IMG/VR virus record: IMGVR_UViG_3300023314_000005 | Coordinates: 1 to 36,869 of that record | Reading direction: 5' to 3' (one strand) | Length of the DNA stretch: 36,869 bases | DNA from: a virus | Taxonomy: Duplodnaviria; Caudoviricetes | Part shown: in pieces, positions 26,173 through 34,653 of the stretch | Layout of the letters: every line of letters begins with the position of its first letter | Position numbering within the stretch: position 1 is the stretch's first letter | The notes under the pieces: generated by a model | What the model saw: only the letters and a program-made list of their open reading frames with translations | Told to the model about the DNA's origin: nothing | The model's database searches: none | Made by a program: the position numbers and the translations under genes

Positions 26173-26499
26173 TTAATATATTTTGAACTTAATATATTCG
26201 TCTCCTTTTTTGACTATTGCTTTGAACACGTGAAGTTCGTAAATTTGTCTGTCGTCAAAAGAATATTTCTTCACCAGGCAATCAATAAAACTTTTACAAC
26301 AATTATCAATATCAGAGCCTTTAGAACTAAATCCGAATTCAATCGCTAATTTAATATTTAACGGATCAGGATATTCCATTTGCTTCGGCAATAGAAACAT
26401 TATGGATTTTATAAAAGCATCATATTTTTTGCTTCTGGTGCGCATGCCGTTAAAAGCTTCATTAACTGATAACGGCTTAATATTTATCGTGTGGTTCAT
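26173..26499 (-). CDS. rusA: RusA-like Holliday junction resolvase
   Basis: PLSVN, DIDNCCK...D and DDRQI acidic catalytic motifs. Confidence 0.82.
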   Translation of the reverse strand: MNHTINIKPLSVNEAFNGMRTRSKKYDAFIKSIMFLLPKQMEYPDPLNIKLAIEFGFSSKGSDIDNCCKSFIDCLVKKYSFDDRQIYELHVFKAIVKKGDEYIKFKIY

Positions 26500-26502
26500 A
26501 AT

Positions 26503-26871
26503 TTAAAAACTATATCCATCACAAAATCCATCACAATTTTTAGGCATTGCCTCCTGCTCTTCAAATGTTGACCAAATATTTTGAAGTCCTTTTCTTTCTA
26601 TAGACCAAGGAAACATTAATTTACCAAATTTAGTGCATTGAAAAACTTCTTTCTCTTCGTCTACATAATCGGTTCCGTACTCAGGATTATAATGCTTTTC
26701 AAATGAAACAAAAACCTTTTTCTTTGTTAAGTAAGAGCATCCATAACACGCTTTTTTATTAATAGGATTATGGTAGCATATAACTTCATGCGCCTCCATT
26801 GCGTGTTTTCGCTTCAATTCCTTTTTACAAAAATCACATTTGTAAATAGTAACGTTGGTAATTTCTTTCAT
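26503..26871 (-). CDS. Zinc-finger-like hypothetical protein
   Basis: YKCDFC...HE..C..NP..K.ACYGC. Confidence 0.7.
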   Translation of the reverse strand: MKEITNVTIYKCDFCKKELKRKHAMEAHEVICYHNPINKKACYGCSYLTKKKVFVSFEKHYNPEYGTDYVDEEKEVFQCTKFGKLMFPWSIERKGLQNIWSTFEEQEAMPKNCDGFCDGYSF

Positions 26872-26873
26872 AA

Positions 26874-27221
26874 TTATTTTACTTTTATTTCGGTTAATAA
26901 ATTACTGTAATTCATAATCATGTTTGAGTACGTTTCAAATAAATAATCTGGCGCATTGCATTCATAAAGTAATTCTAAACAATCTTTTAATGCATTCGAT
27001 AAAACAGTTTCTCTATTCGGAACAACTTCAAAATATCCGTTTCGTATTCTTTGCAAGCTTCCAGTGTTTACCATATAAGATAAAACTTTTCCAATTCTGT
27101 TTTTGGCTATATTTTCGTAAAGATGCCCGATTAAATCAATGGCTTCACGTTTACTTATTTTGTTACCGTTATTAATTGCGTACTGCAATAAAATAACTTT
27201 GCTTTCTGATAATTTTGGCAT
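26874..27221 (-). CDS. Possible winged-helix DNA-binding protein
   Basis: ISKREA..L.....IGKVLS.MV..G.L.RI.NGYF pattern. Confidence 0.5.
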   Translation of the reverse strand: MPKLSESKVILLQYAINNGNKISKREAIDLIGHLYENIAKNRIGKVLSYMVNTGSLQRIRNGYFEVVPNRETVLSNALKDCLELLYECNAPDYLFETYSNMIMNYSNLLTEIKVK

Positions 27222-27223
27222 GG

Positions 27224-28735
27224 TTAAAAAGGTGTATCGGATTCTGGTTCGTCGAATGCATCACTTGCACTTAATTTTGGTAATTCAAATTCTTTTATTT
27301 CTTCCGGTTTTATCTTAGGTTTTGATTCATTTCTAAAATAACGTCCTGTTAAATCTTGTCCTAAATGGTCAACATCCATAAATCGCATATATTTTAATTC
27401 ACATCCGGTTCTACAATATCCGGTTTCTCCATTACGGTATTTAGCAACATCAATTTCTGCTGTATTTTCCGTTGGCGATTGTTCGTCATCATCCCACTGT
27501 TCAATTTTATAATATTCAGGTCTATAAATAAATAATACAATATCCGCATCCTGTTCAATAGATCCTGAATCTCTTAAATCAGAAAGCAACGGTCTTTTAC
27601 TTGACCCCCTTTGCTCTACATTTCTGGATAATTGACTTAATGCAATTACTGGGACATCTAAATCTTTTGCCAAGTTTTTAAGTGATGATGATATTTCGGA
27701 AACTTCATTTTCTTTATTGTTCATTTTTTTATTTTTAATTCTCATTAATTGCAAATAATCAACAACAATCATTTTAATACCATGTTCACGCTTTAATTTG
27801 TTTGCTTTAATCTTTAACTCAATTGGACTAATACCACCTTTGTCATCTATAAAAATAGGCAATAAAGCTAATAAATCAGAACATTTTTTTAAATAAATAA
27901 CTTCTTCATGTGATAGATTAAAGTTGTTTATTTTTGTAATATCCACTCCTGAAATAATACTTAATAGCCTCCCAATTATTTGTTTAGTACTCATTTCAAG
28001 GCTAAAAAAAGCAACGGGAATTCCATTCAATCCACATTCTAAAACCTCATTCAAAACAAATGCCGTCTTTCCCATTCCCGGACGTGCTGCCAATATAATT
28101 AAATCAGAATTTTGATAACCGTTCAGCTTTTTGTTTAGCTTAGTCAATGATGAAGGCACACCTGATTTTCCAGAACCTGAATTATTTAAAAATGCATTTA
28201 CATTATCTTTAAAACTTTCAACTTTTCCGACTGTTATTAAATCAGAAACTTCGCCATAGTCCTTATAAACTTTTTCCAATAATTCAAAAACATCAACGTC
28301 TTCGTTATATGAATTTTCAATTAATTCAGATGAGGTTGCAATACATTTTCTTTGAACATACTTCTGTAGCAGTATTCTTGAATGATAATCAATGTGAGCC
28401 GATGAAGCAATTTTTTGAGTAAGCTGTATAAGATAAAAATCCCCACCTAATAACTCTAATTTTCCAAGCCTTTTAAGCTCATTTGATATAGTTAAAAGGT
28501 CAATAGGTTGGTTTTTATTATAAAGCCCTGAAATAGCCTCAAAAATGCTTTTATGAGCATCTTTATAAAACACCTCAGATGATAATAATTCCATTGCTTC
28601 ATGCAATCCGTTTTTATCTACCATCATCGCCCCCAAAACTGCTTCTTCCAAATCTACTGCCTGAGGTGGTAATTTACCTTTATCCAGATTTATGATTCTG
28701 GTTTTTTCTACTTTAAATGGTGTATAATTTTGCAT
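27224..28735 (-). CDS. dnaB: Replicative DNA helicase
   Basis: PPQAVDLEEAVLG, Walker A ARPGMGKT, FSLEM, DYLQL, LSQLSR, LSDLRDSGSIEQDAD, KYRNG. Confidence 0.97.
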   Translation of the reverse strand: MQNYTPFKVEKTRIINLDKGKLPPQAVDLEEAVLGAMMVDKNGLHEAMELLSSEVFYKDAHKSIFEAISGLYNKNQPIDLLTISNELKRLGKLELLGGDFYLIQLTQKIASSAHIDYHSRILLQKYVQRKCIATSSELIENSYNEDVDVFELLEKVYKDYGEVSDLITVGKVESFKDNVNAFLNNSGSGKSGVPSSLTKLNKKLNGYQNSDLIILAARPGMGKTAFVLNEVLECGLNGIPVAFFSLEMSTKQIIGRLLSIISGVDITKINNFNLSHEEVIYLKKCSDLLALLPIFIDDKGGISPIELKIKANKLKREHGIKMIVVDYLQLMRIKNKKMNNKENEVSEISSSLKNLAKDLDVPVIALSQLSRNVEQRGSSKRPLLSDLRDSGSIEQDADIVLFIYRPEYYKIEQWDDDEQSPTENTAEIDVAKYRNGETGYCRTGCELKYMRFMDVDHLGQDLTGRYFRNESKPKIKPEEIKEFELPKLSASDAFDEPESDTPF

Positions 28736-28737
28736 AA

Positions 28738-29403
28738 TTAAAATTCTTTACGTTTAGACGGATTTGGTATATTTTTTTGTAATTCTGTTTTATTGTTGAA
28801 ATTATTAGTTGACCATGTTTTTAATCTTCTTTCAAGTCCGAATGTTTTTTCTTTTTCTTTTCTAAACTTTAAATCATTTTCTCCGTGTTCTGTCCAATAT
28901 TCGTAAAATTCTCGCAACATAACTTTTCCGTAAGCTTGAGTATAAGGAATTAAAGAATTATAAAAACTTAACTTCCTATCACTTATATTTACTTTTGTTT
29001 CTTTTTTTAAAAGAATATCACTTACAGTAACACTATCACTTACACTTACGGTTGGTTTAGTTGGGTTTAGTTGAATTTCCAACTCGTTAGTTGAATTTAG
29101 TTCCTTTTTTAACTTACGAGCTTCTGCGCTTGCAAGCCCTGCAATCCTAGCTTTTTCAACCCTTTGTGGGCTTTTTTCTTCCCATTTTACTAAATCTCTT
29201 TTAAGTTGAGTTTTAAAAGGTTCAAACATTAAATCAACAATATCGTTAATTGGTTCGGGATTATTGTCTGAAACATATTCCAACAAATGAAGGAACAATT
29301 CTCCAGCATTGTTTGTTTTGTTTATTCTGTCTTTTTCTACCATTTTTTTTATAGTAGGCAGCATGTCTGCGTAAAGCAAAAATGATTTTTTACCCTCAGC
29401 CAT
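28738..29403 (-). CDS. Replication initiator (replisome organizer)
   Basis: MAEGKKSFLLY N-terminus, SVSVSDSVTV linker, FYEYWTE...RRLKTW C-terminus; directly upstream of dnaB; internal repeats. Confidence 0.75.
   Translation of the reverse strand: MAEGKKSFLLYADMLPTIKKMVEKDRINKTNNAGELFLHLLEYVSDNNPEPINDIVDLMFEPFKTQLKRDLVKWEEKSPQRVEKARIAGLASAEARKLKKELNSTNELEIQLNPTKPTVSVSDSVTVSDILLKKETKVNISDRKLSFYNSLIPYTQAYGKVMLREFYEYWTEHGENDLKFRKEKEKTFGLERRLKTWSTNNFNNKTELQKNIPNPSKRKEF
29050..29102. repeat. 10-bp-phased direct repeats (iteron-like), candidate replication origin
   Basis: gttggtttag / ttgggtttag / ttgaatttcc / aactcgttag / ttgaatttag inside the initiator gene, next to a T-rich tract. Confidence 0.6.
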
Positions 29404-29407
29404 AACT

Positions 29408-29710
29408 TTATTTTTTAAGATCCCAAACAGGGCAATTAATACAAATATGATCCGCATTTGAATGAACAGACTTGAAATGCTTTTCATAATTAAAATTAGG
29501 ATTTTTACAATCATTTTCCATCCATTCATTTGTTCCGTGTTCTGTATCGTCCCAATTTTTAATAAACTTTTTATGCTCACATGTTAGGCATGTTTTAAAT
29601 TTTGGATTTTTCCAACAAGTGCAATTTGATTCGTGTTTTACGCATGATCTTTTAGTCCAAAAAGCTCTTCCACAATCAGCATAATATCTATAAACTTTTT
29701 TTGTTATCAT
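29408..29710 (-). CDS. Zinc-finger-like hypothetical protein (related to 26503..26871)
   Basis: CG......C.KHE.NC...NPK.KTCLTC. Confidence 0.7.
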   Translation of the reverse strand: MITKKVYRYYADCGRAFWTKRSCVKHESNCTCWKNPKFKTCLTCEHKKFIKNWDDTEHGTNEWMENDCKNPNFNYEKHFKSVHSNADHICINCPVWDLKK

Positions 29711-29743
29711 CTTTACTATTTGTTAAATTTTAGCGAAAAAAAA

Positions 29744-29899
29744 TTACTCTACAAGCACAAAAGTAACCCCGTCAATAATTACTTTAGTGAGTAATCCATC
29801 TCCAATTCTCTTGTATACAGTAGGCTTTGACAAATTGTAAGTCTTTGCGTAATTCTCTACAGTTTTAAGTTTTGTTCTATCTATTTTTAATGGTTGCAT
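29744..29899 (-). CDS. Small excisionase-like HTH DNA-binding protein, 51 aa
   Basis: Hand-translated MQPLKIDRTKLKTVENYAKTYNLSKPTVYKRIGDGLLTKVIIDGVTFVLVE. Confidence 0.7.
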   Translation of the reverse strand: MQPLKIDRTKLKTVENYAKTYNLSKPTVYKRIGDGLLTKVIIDGVTFVLVE

Positions 29900-29933
29900 A
29901 TTTTACTATGTGTTAATTTTAAGTTCTATAAAA

Positions 29934-29972
29934 GGCCTAATTTTCACTAGGCTTGTTTGTTTTGTAAAGATA
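29934..29972 (-). promoter_or_regulatory. Promoter (-7 variant TATCTTTA) followed by a leader hairpin and T run
   Basis: TATCTTTA at 29965-29972; GCCTAG-TGAAAA-TTAGGC-CTTTT. Confidence 0.45.
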
Positions 29973-29983
29973 ATACTTTATTT

Positions 29984-30184
29984 CTAATAGCCGTGTTCTT
30001 TTTTAAATAATTCTAATGCTTTTTCTGCTGTCATGTCCATATCAAAATTAGACATTACACATTTTATTCGATACCATCGTGAAAAAGCTATTAAATAAGC
30101 TTCAGCTAAAGAACATAACTGATCATGTTCTGGACACAATAATATGTCTGGATCTGGGTGTACTTTGTTTATAAATTCTTTCAT
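29984..30184 (-). CDS. Hypothetical protein
   Basis: 66 aa ORF. Confidence 0.6.
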   Translation of the reverse strand: MKEFINKVHPDPDILLCPEHDQLCSLAEAYLIAFSRWYRIKCVMSNFDMDMTAEKALELFKKEHGY

Positions 30185-30221
30185 TCCCTCTATTTTTTAA
30201 GGTTATTTAACTTTTGGTTGG

Positions 30222-30611
30222 TTATCCCCATGTTTTACCACATTTTCTACAACGCTCTATTTGTCCTCCTTGAATTTCTTCAATACTTTCGTGCTTACAT
30301 TCTTCTTTTTTAATATGATTAACCACTCCGTTTTGGTCAGGCTTACCCCATTTACGATTTTTGTTTATTTCAAACTTTTCTTGAATAGCATTACATATAT
30401 CTTCATAACTCATTCCGGAAGCGCTTGCGCAGCCAAATAAAAGAAAAAAGCAATCTGCAAACTCTAGTCTTTTTTCAGCACTATTATTTTTAATATCTTT
30501 TTTTAACTCTTTAATTTCTTGTTTTAAGTGTACTAATTTAGATAAAGGTGTTGCTTGTCCGAAAGTTTCTTTTTGCCATTGACTAATTGATTCAAATTGC
30601 TCTTGTCTCAT
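30222..30611 (-). CDS. MazG-like dATP/dGTP pyrophosphohydrolase (DUF550-like) with a C-terminal CxH...CxxC extension
   Basis: WQ.ETFG, HL..EI.EL, EFAD, K.EINK.R.W.KP motifs. Confidence 0.75.
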   Translation of the reverse strand: MRQEQFESISQWQKETFGQATPLSKLVHLKQEIKELKKDIKNNSAEKRLEFADCFFLLFGCASASGMSYEDICNAIQEKFEINKNRKWGKPDQNGVVNHIKKEECKHESIEEIQGGQIERCRKCGKTWG

Positions 30612-30635
30612 AACATTTAATTTTTAAAATTCGAT

Positions 30636-30875
30636 TTATTGGTTGTTGAAGGTTGAGGTGTAATAGTCGTGTGATTTACTACCTGAATAATTATCTGCTC
30701 CTTTTTCGTAAGCCTCAATAATCTGCTGTTTTTCTGTTTCTTTAAGTTCCATTACTATATCTCTAGAGTGCTTAATTCCTGTTTGCCAATATCTGTCTGA
30801 TCTATCATGATCTTTTGTGATTGACTTAATTTCTTCGTCAAGTCTTTCTAAAATTGTATCTATTGCCGTTTTCAT
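30636..30875 (-). CDS. Hypothetical phage protein
   Basis: MKTAI...EKQQIIEAY...YY..TF pattern. Confidence 0.65.
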   Translation of the reverse strand: MKTAIDTILERLDEEIKSITKDHDRSDRYWQTGIKHSRDIVMELKETEKQQIIEAYEKGADNYSGSKSHDYYTSTFNNQ

Positions 30876-31198
30876 ATTACTGTTTTTTTAGTTATTAAAG
30901 GATATTCGCACCAATTACAAAGCCATCTCTCATTATGATTATATCCCGTTACTTGGTTGTATTTCTCTTTGTATTCTTTATCATACTTATACAATGCCTC
31001 ATGTTGTTTTAAATAATGAATAATTGTCGCGTGTGTTTTTCCATATATGTCTGCAATTTTTTGAAAAGTATACTTATATCTCATTCTTAGGTAATTGCTA
31101 GCTGCAATCCTGCCATAAACAACTTCTCGTTTTCTAGTATTTGACATAGAATCGCATTCAAATATCTTGTTTACTTTTTCTATTATTATCTCTTTCAT
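30872..31198 (-). CDS. HTH protein resembling the DnaA C-terminal DNA-binding domain
   Basis: TRKREVV.GR.AA..L, TFQKIA..YGKTHATIIH. Confidence 0.65.
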   Translation of the reverse strand: MKEIIIEKVNKIFECDSMSNTRKREVVYGRIAASNYLRMRYKYTFQKIADIYGKTHATIIHYLKQHEALYKYDKEYKEKYNQVTGYNHNERWLCNWCEYPLITKKTVI

Positions 31199-31214
31199 AA
31201 TCCTAAAGTTTTTT

Positions 31215-31242
31215 AAACCGATCCTGTGTGTTGGATCGGTTT
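31215..31242. terminator. Hairpin terminator, possibly bidirectional
   Basis: AAACCGATCC-TGTGTGTT-GGATCGGTTT. Confidence 0.7.
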
Positions 31243-31261
31243 TGTTGGTTGTTTAATCTTC

Positions 31262-31447
31262 TTATATTTCTTCAGAACCATCAATATTCTCTCCGCAAGA
31301 TGTCCAGTAAGGAACTCCCTTTTCACTTATCCTAACCTCTTCATTGTCGTATAATGTTTCTACGCAAATTTCAACTATATTTTTTAATTGATGCGTTGAT
31401 AAAGTATTAATCCACTCTCTGAATTTTTCAATTTGATTAGGCTTCAT
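31262..31447 (-). CDS. Hypothetical protein
   Basis: 61 aa ORF. Confidence 0.6.
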   Translation of the reverse strand: MKPNQIEKFREWINTLSTHQLKNIVEICVETLYDNEEVRISEKGVPYWTSCGENIDGSEEI

Positions 31448-31489
31448 AACTATCTATTTTTTAAATTATTAAATTCTGTGAAATCGGAA

Positions 31490-31849
31490 CTAAAACGGCA
31501 AATCATCCGGTTCGTCTTCGTTTGTTGCTGGTGTAAAAGTCTGCGGTTGAGGTGTAGTTGGTGCAGGAGATTGAACAGCCAATCTTTCTATTTTCCAACC
31601 TTGTACCTGATTAAAATAACGTGTTTCACCTTGTGGATTAACCCATTCACGGCCACGTAAATTAATCGAAACCTTAACAGTTTCTCCAATCTGATACGGA
31701 TCTGGTAAATCGCATTTATCCTGAGCGAACTCAATTAAAATGTGTTGCGGATATTGTTCGTCTGTAGTTACTACTAATTCAGACTTTTTAAAACTTGCAG
31801 AGACTTGTATATCCCCTGACTTGTACTTTACTTTTCCTACTACTTCCAT
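31490..31849 (-). CDS. DUF3127-family single-stranded DNA-binding protein
   Basis: F.K.ELVV.T.EQYPQ.I..EF.QDKC, NLRGREW, YFN.VQGWKI, acidic C-terminus DDLPF. Confidence 0.88.
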   Translation of the reverse strand: MEVVGKVKYKSGDIQVSASFKKSELVVTTDEQYPQHILIEFAQDKCDLPDPYQIGETVKVSINLRGREWVNPQGETRYFNQVQGWKIERLAVQSPAPTTPQPQTFTPATNEDEPDDLPF

Positions 31850-31854
31850 AATTT

Positions 31855-32709
31855 TTATAATTTTAACATTGGTATTAATTCATTTTCAATATACTTTCGG
31901 CAAGCGATAACCATTTTTTCAGCTCTACGAATATAGTCTTCATCGTATTCAAACTCAAAAACCTTTTTTCTTAATGATTCCGGCAACCCGTCGTAACTCA
32001 ACTCAGATTCCGCCAAATCCCATTCTTCTATATCCGGTTCATCTTTTCCGTTTTCTCGCACAATCTGCCAAGCTAAATCGTTAATCTGTTTTTCGCTTCC
32101 GTTTTCAAGGCAGTAGAATAACGATCCCTTTTTCTTTTTACGCAATTCCTGGTAAATCTGCAATTGACCGTAGTAATTTTTATCAGGCTCAGTTTCAAAA
32201 TAAGGAAACGTAAAGCAATCGTAAGGTATTTTGACATCAATCATCACTTCTTCCGTTTCTGTGTCGTATTCGCCTGTAAAATACTCGTTTTCTAATTGCT
32301 TAACGTTCTTTTCGAGAGCAACACCGTAATGATTAGAAACGCGTCCTTTAATTGCCGTTTCTTCCATTGCTTTACCACGAGCAAGGTACTTAGACCTAAT
32401 ATCTTTTTTCTTGCCTGTAATCTCAGAAATAAGCCATTCTTTGCAGTATGATTTTGCTGATTCGCTTAAAATAATTTCATCGATTAACGGTTTTAATCGT
32501 TCAATCTCTTTTTCTGTTTCCGGAAGCTTTTCTTCTTTGATTTGGATTGCAGATTTACACTCTTGGTTTTTAAACTCTTCTAATCGAGTATTTAAAGATT
32601 CTTTTTTCGATACAGCATCATCGTGTTGCTCTTTGTATGATTTACCCGTGTGATTGGTCATTAATAAACCAATCTTTGAAGCCCTGCATTTGAATTGTTT
32701 GATTTTCAT
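31855..32709 (-). CDS. YqaJ / lambda-exonuclease-like recombination nuclease
   Basis: RASKIG, RGK.ME, TGEYD, DVK, YYGQLQ.Y motifs. Confidence 0.75.
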   Translation of the reverse strand: MKIKQFKCRASKIGLLMTNHTGKSYKEQHDDAVSKKESLNTRLEEFKNQECKSAIQIKEEKLPETEKEIERLKPLIDEIILSESAKSYCKEWLISEITGKKKDIRSKYLARGKAMEETAIKGRVSNHYGVALEKNVKQLENEYFTGEYDTETEEVMIDVKIPYDCFTFPYFETEPDKNYYGQLQIYQELRKKKKGSLFYCLENGSEKQINDLAWQIVRENGKDEPDIEEWDLAESELSYDGLPESLRKKVFEFEYDEDYIRRAEKMVIACRKYIENELIPMLKL

Positions 32710-32713
32710 GTTT

Positions 32714-33004
32714 TTAGATTTTTGTAGCTTGTTTTCTTAGTAAATCAATTTCATCCATAAGTATTAAAAAATCTGAATCTCCTTTCATTGCTAATGCTCC
32801 GTTAATATCTCCTAATAATTCCCACATTTTAAAAGACTGCGTGAAAATTAATGCATTTGCAGTTGCTTCTTCTGGAGTTTCGCCGTAAACCTTTGCTAAT
32901 ATTTTACCTTTACTGTAAATAGCGTTACTTGGTTTATCTTGTGGAGTTCCTGAAGTAGAACCACACGGCATTGTAAGTATTGATTTTGTTCCTTTAAATT
33001 CCAT
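32714..33004 (-). CDS. Hypothetical phage protein
   Basis: MEFKGT...EEATANALI pattern. Confidence 0.6.
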   Translation of the reverse strand: MEFKGTKSILTMPCGSTSGTPQDKPSNAIYSKGKILAKVYGETPEEATANALIFTQSFKMWELLGDINGALAMKGDSDFLILMDEIDLLRKQATKI

Positions 33005-33509
33005 CTTTCAAAGTTTTTAATTGTTCATCTGTAACATCATACATTTCAATAATCTTTTCGATTGTAGTTTTACCATCTTTCAAAGCTTTTTTTGCTTTTT
33101 CAATATCGGCAATAAGTACAGGCGCAAGCATTTCAATTGTATGCGGTTTACGACTGTTTCGAGAAGCAGTCAAAAGTACGCGTGTCGGTTCCGGAATATG
33201 CGATGCATGGCTTATTCTAATTCCACCAGTTTCAACACCTGCCCATTTAACAGTGTCATCACGGTAAATTGTTAATCTTCTTCCATGAAATACCGAACTT
33301 TCCGCCCCCCATAATTGCACCAATACGCGTCGCATTGATTTGCAAGGTTTAAACGGCTTGTTATTGTCTCCATAGAAATAAATCATAACTGGCTGTTCAT
33401 CCGTTGCACCTCCTTTTATATCTCGGATTTTGATGGTGCGTGCGCCTGAAATTAAATCATCGGCATTTAGCTGGTCTGATTTTGGAATAATCGTTTTGCT
33501 CAAGTCCAT
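32994..33509 (-). CDS. Putative single-strand annealing / recombination protein
   Basis: PKSDQLNADDL, KPFKPCKSMRRVL, GGIRISH; sits near the exonuclease and SSB genes. Confidence 0.5.
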   Translation of the reverse strand: MDLSKTIIPKSDQLNADDLISGARTIKIRDIKGGATDEQPVMIYFYGDNNKPFKPCKSMRRVLVQLWGAESSVFHGRRLTIYRDDTVKWAGVETGGIRISHASHIPEPTRVLLTASRNSRKPHTIEMLAPVLIADIEKAKKALKDGKTTIEKIIEMYDVTDEQLKTLKDGI

Positions 33510-33529
33510 AATTTTTATCTTTTAATTGT

Positions 33530-34009
33530 TTATAATTCTTTTTGATAAGCATTATGGGCATCTAATTCTTTTGTAAAGTATCCTAAATGTTTATCCTTTC
33601 CGTTAATTTGTATTTGAGCTCGCCATTTGTTTCTGTTTTTATTCCAACAAACTCCAGTAAATTTAGATGTTCCTTTTCTGTCTTTTGATACGTTTTCTCT
33701 ATGTGCTATTAATTGCAAGTTGTCAAGATTATTGTTTAACGGATCATTATCTTTATGGTCAACCACTATCTTGTATCCGTCAGGTTCATGATTTAAAAAT
33801 GCAATAGCAACTAATTGATGTATTTTAAATGTTTTGTGCGATTTGTTTTTGCATAAACTAACCGTTAAATATCCGGTAGTATTTAATGTACCTTTTAAAA
33901 CCTTTTCTTTTTTAGTGCATCTATAATTCAAACTCTTAACCCTCCCATAATTGCTAACCTCGTAATCGATGTAACCTTTAATTGGTTTCCAAATTTCTTT
34001 TTTACCCAT
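33530..34009 (-). CDS. NUMOD4-HNH-AP2 homing endonuclease
   Basis: EIWKPIKGY..YEVSNYGRVKS (NUMOD4), HQLVA.AF...VDHKDND.LNN..NL (HNH), SKFTGV.W...KWRAQI (AP2). Confidence 0.92.
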   Translation of the reverse strand: MGKKEIWKPIKGYIDYEVSNYGRVKSLNYRCTKKEKVLKGTLNTTGYLTVSLCKNKSHKTFKIHQLVAIAFLNHEPDGYKIVVDHKDNDPLNNNLDNLQLIAHRENVSKDRKGTSKFTGVCWNKNRNKWRAQIQINGKDKHLGYFTKELDAHNAYQKEL

Positions 34010-34029
34010 AATTATATTTTTAATGTGGT

Positions 34030-34239
34030 TTATTTAATCGGTTTCTCTACAATACTATCAATAACTTCAATATTACGAACTAGCATATTGTATCTTGCTT
34101 TTGAATCAGCATATTTAAACTGCATTTCATCTATTATTTTAGCCTGTTCGTCTATTAAGTCCTGTTGCATTGTATTTAGCTTTTCTAACGCTTCAATACG
34201 TGCTAATAAGAAGTTTATTTGTTGTTCGTTTGCTGACAT
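34030..34239 (-). CDS. Coiled-coil hypothetical protein
   Basis: 69 aa, heptad-like. Confidence 0.6.
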   Translation of the reverse strand: MSANEQQINFLLARIEALEKLNTMQQDLIDEQAKIIDEMQFKYADSKARYNMLVRNIEVIDSIVEKPIK

Positions 34240-34254
34240 AATATAATTTTTTAG

Positions 34255-34470
34255 TTATTTCCCAAAATATTTAATGTGTAATTTTTTTACTGCTTCCTGA
34301 TAATCGATTCGTTTGTCTAGGATTTTGTCTACCATATCCCAGTATCTTTCCGGAACTCTAACAGGATTAAACCAATGCGATTTTACCGTATTAAATGTCA
34401 TTCCTGTAGCGATTGAAATTTCGGTAAACAATTCCTTTTTGCTTTCAATTCGTTCAAATTTTTTTTCCAT
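34255..34470 (-). CDS. Small HTH (Cro-like) protein
   Basis: LFTEISIATGMTFNTVKSHWF helix-turn-helix-like segment. Confidence 0.5.
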   Translation of the reverse strand: MEKKFERIESKKELFTEISIATGMTFNTVKSHWFNPVRVPERYWDMVDKILDKRIDYQEAVKKLHIKYFGK

Positions 34471-34471
34471 A

Positions 34472-34651
34472 TTATTTAAGTTTTTTAATTTTCCACATTC
34501 CTACTGATGTAGGCTCTTTTTCTTCTCTTGCGTATTTTTCTTCTGAGTAATTTAATTGAAGTACTAAATCTTGTTTTTTAAAGTAATCAATAACTAAACA
34601 TGTAGTTGAAGAATATAATTCGCAATGCTCAACATTTTCGATTTTATACAT
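34472..34651 (-). CDS. Small hypothetical protein, 59 aa
   Basis: Hand-translated MYKIENVEHCELYSSTT...VGMWKIKKLK; fills the gap exactly. Confidence 0.55.
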   Translation of the reverse strand: MYKIENVEHCELYSSTTCLVIDYFKKQDLVLQLNYSEEKYAREEKEPTSVGMWKIKKLK

Positions 34652-34653
34652 AA

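Noticed and set aside
29020-29102. CRISPR-like mini-array
   Set aside because: Repeats are 10 bp or shorter, without spacers, and inside a coding region
29404-29580. N-terminal extension of the replication initiator in the ORF track
   Set aside because: Overlaps ORF 29408..29710; MAEGKKSF at 29403 is the more plausible start
30222-30611. Z-base (2-aminoadenine) genome pathway
   Set aside because: No PurZ, DatZ or phage DNA polymerase found
33530-34009. Intron-encoded endonuclease
   Set aside because: Flanking genes look intact; it appears free-standing
1036-34507. Most plus-strand ORFs in the track (e.g. 1036, 2922, 3155, 4513, 9682, 10600, 17197, 27924, 33021)
   Set aside because: They are antisense shadows of well-supported minus-strand genes; only 15906 and 16223 occupy free space with expression signals
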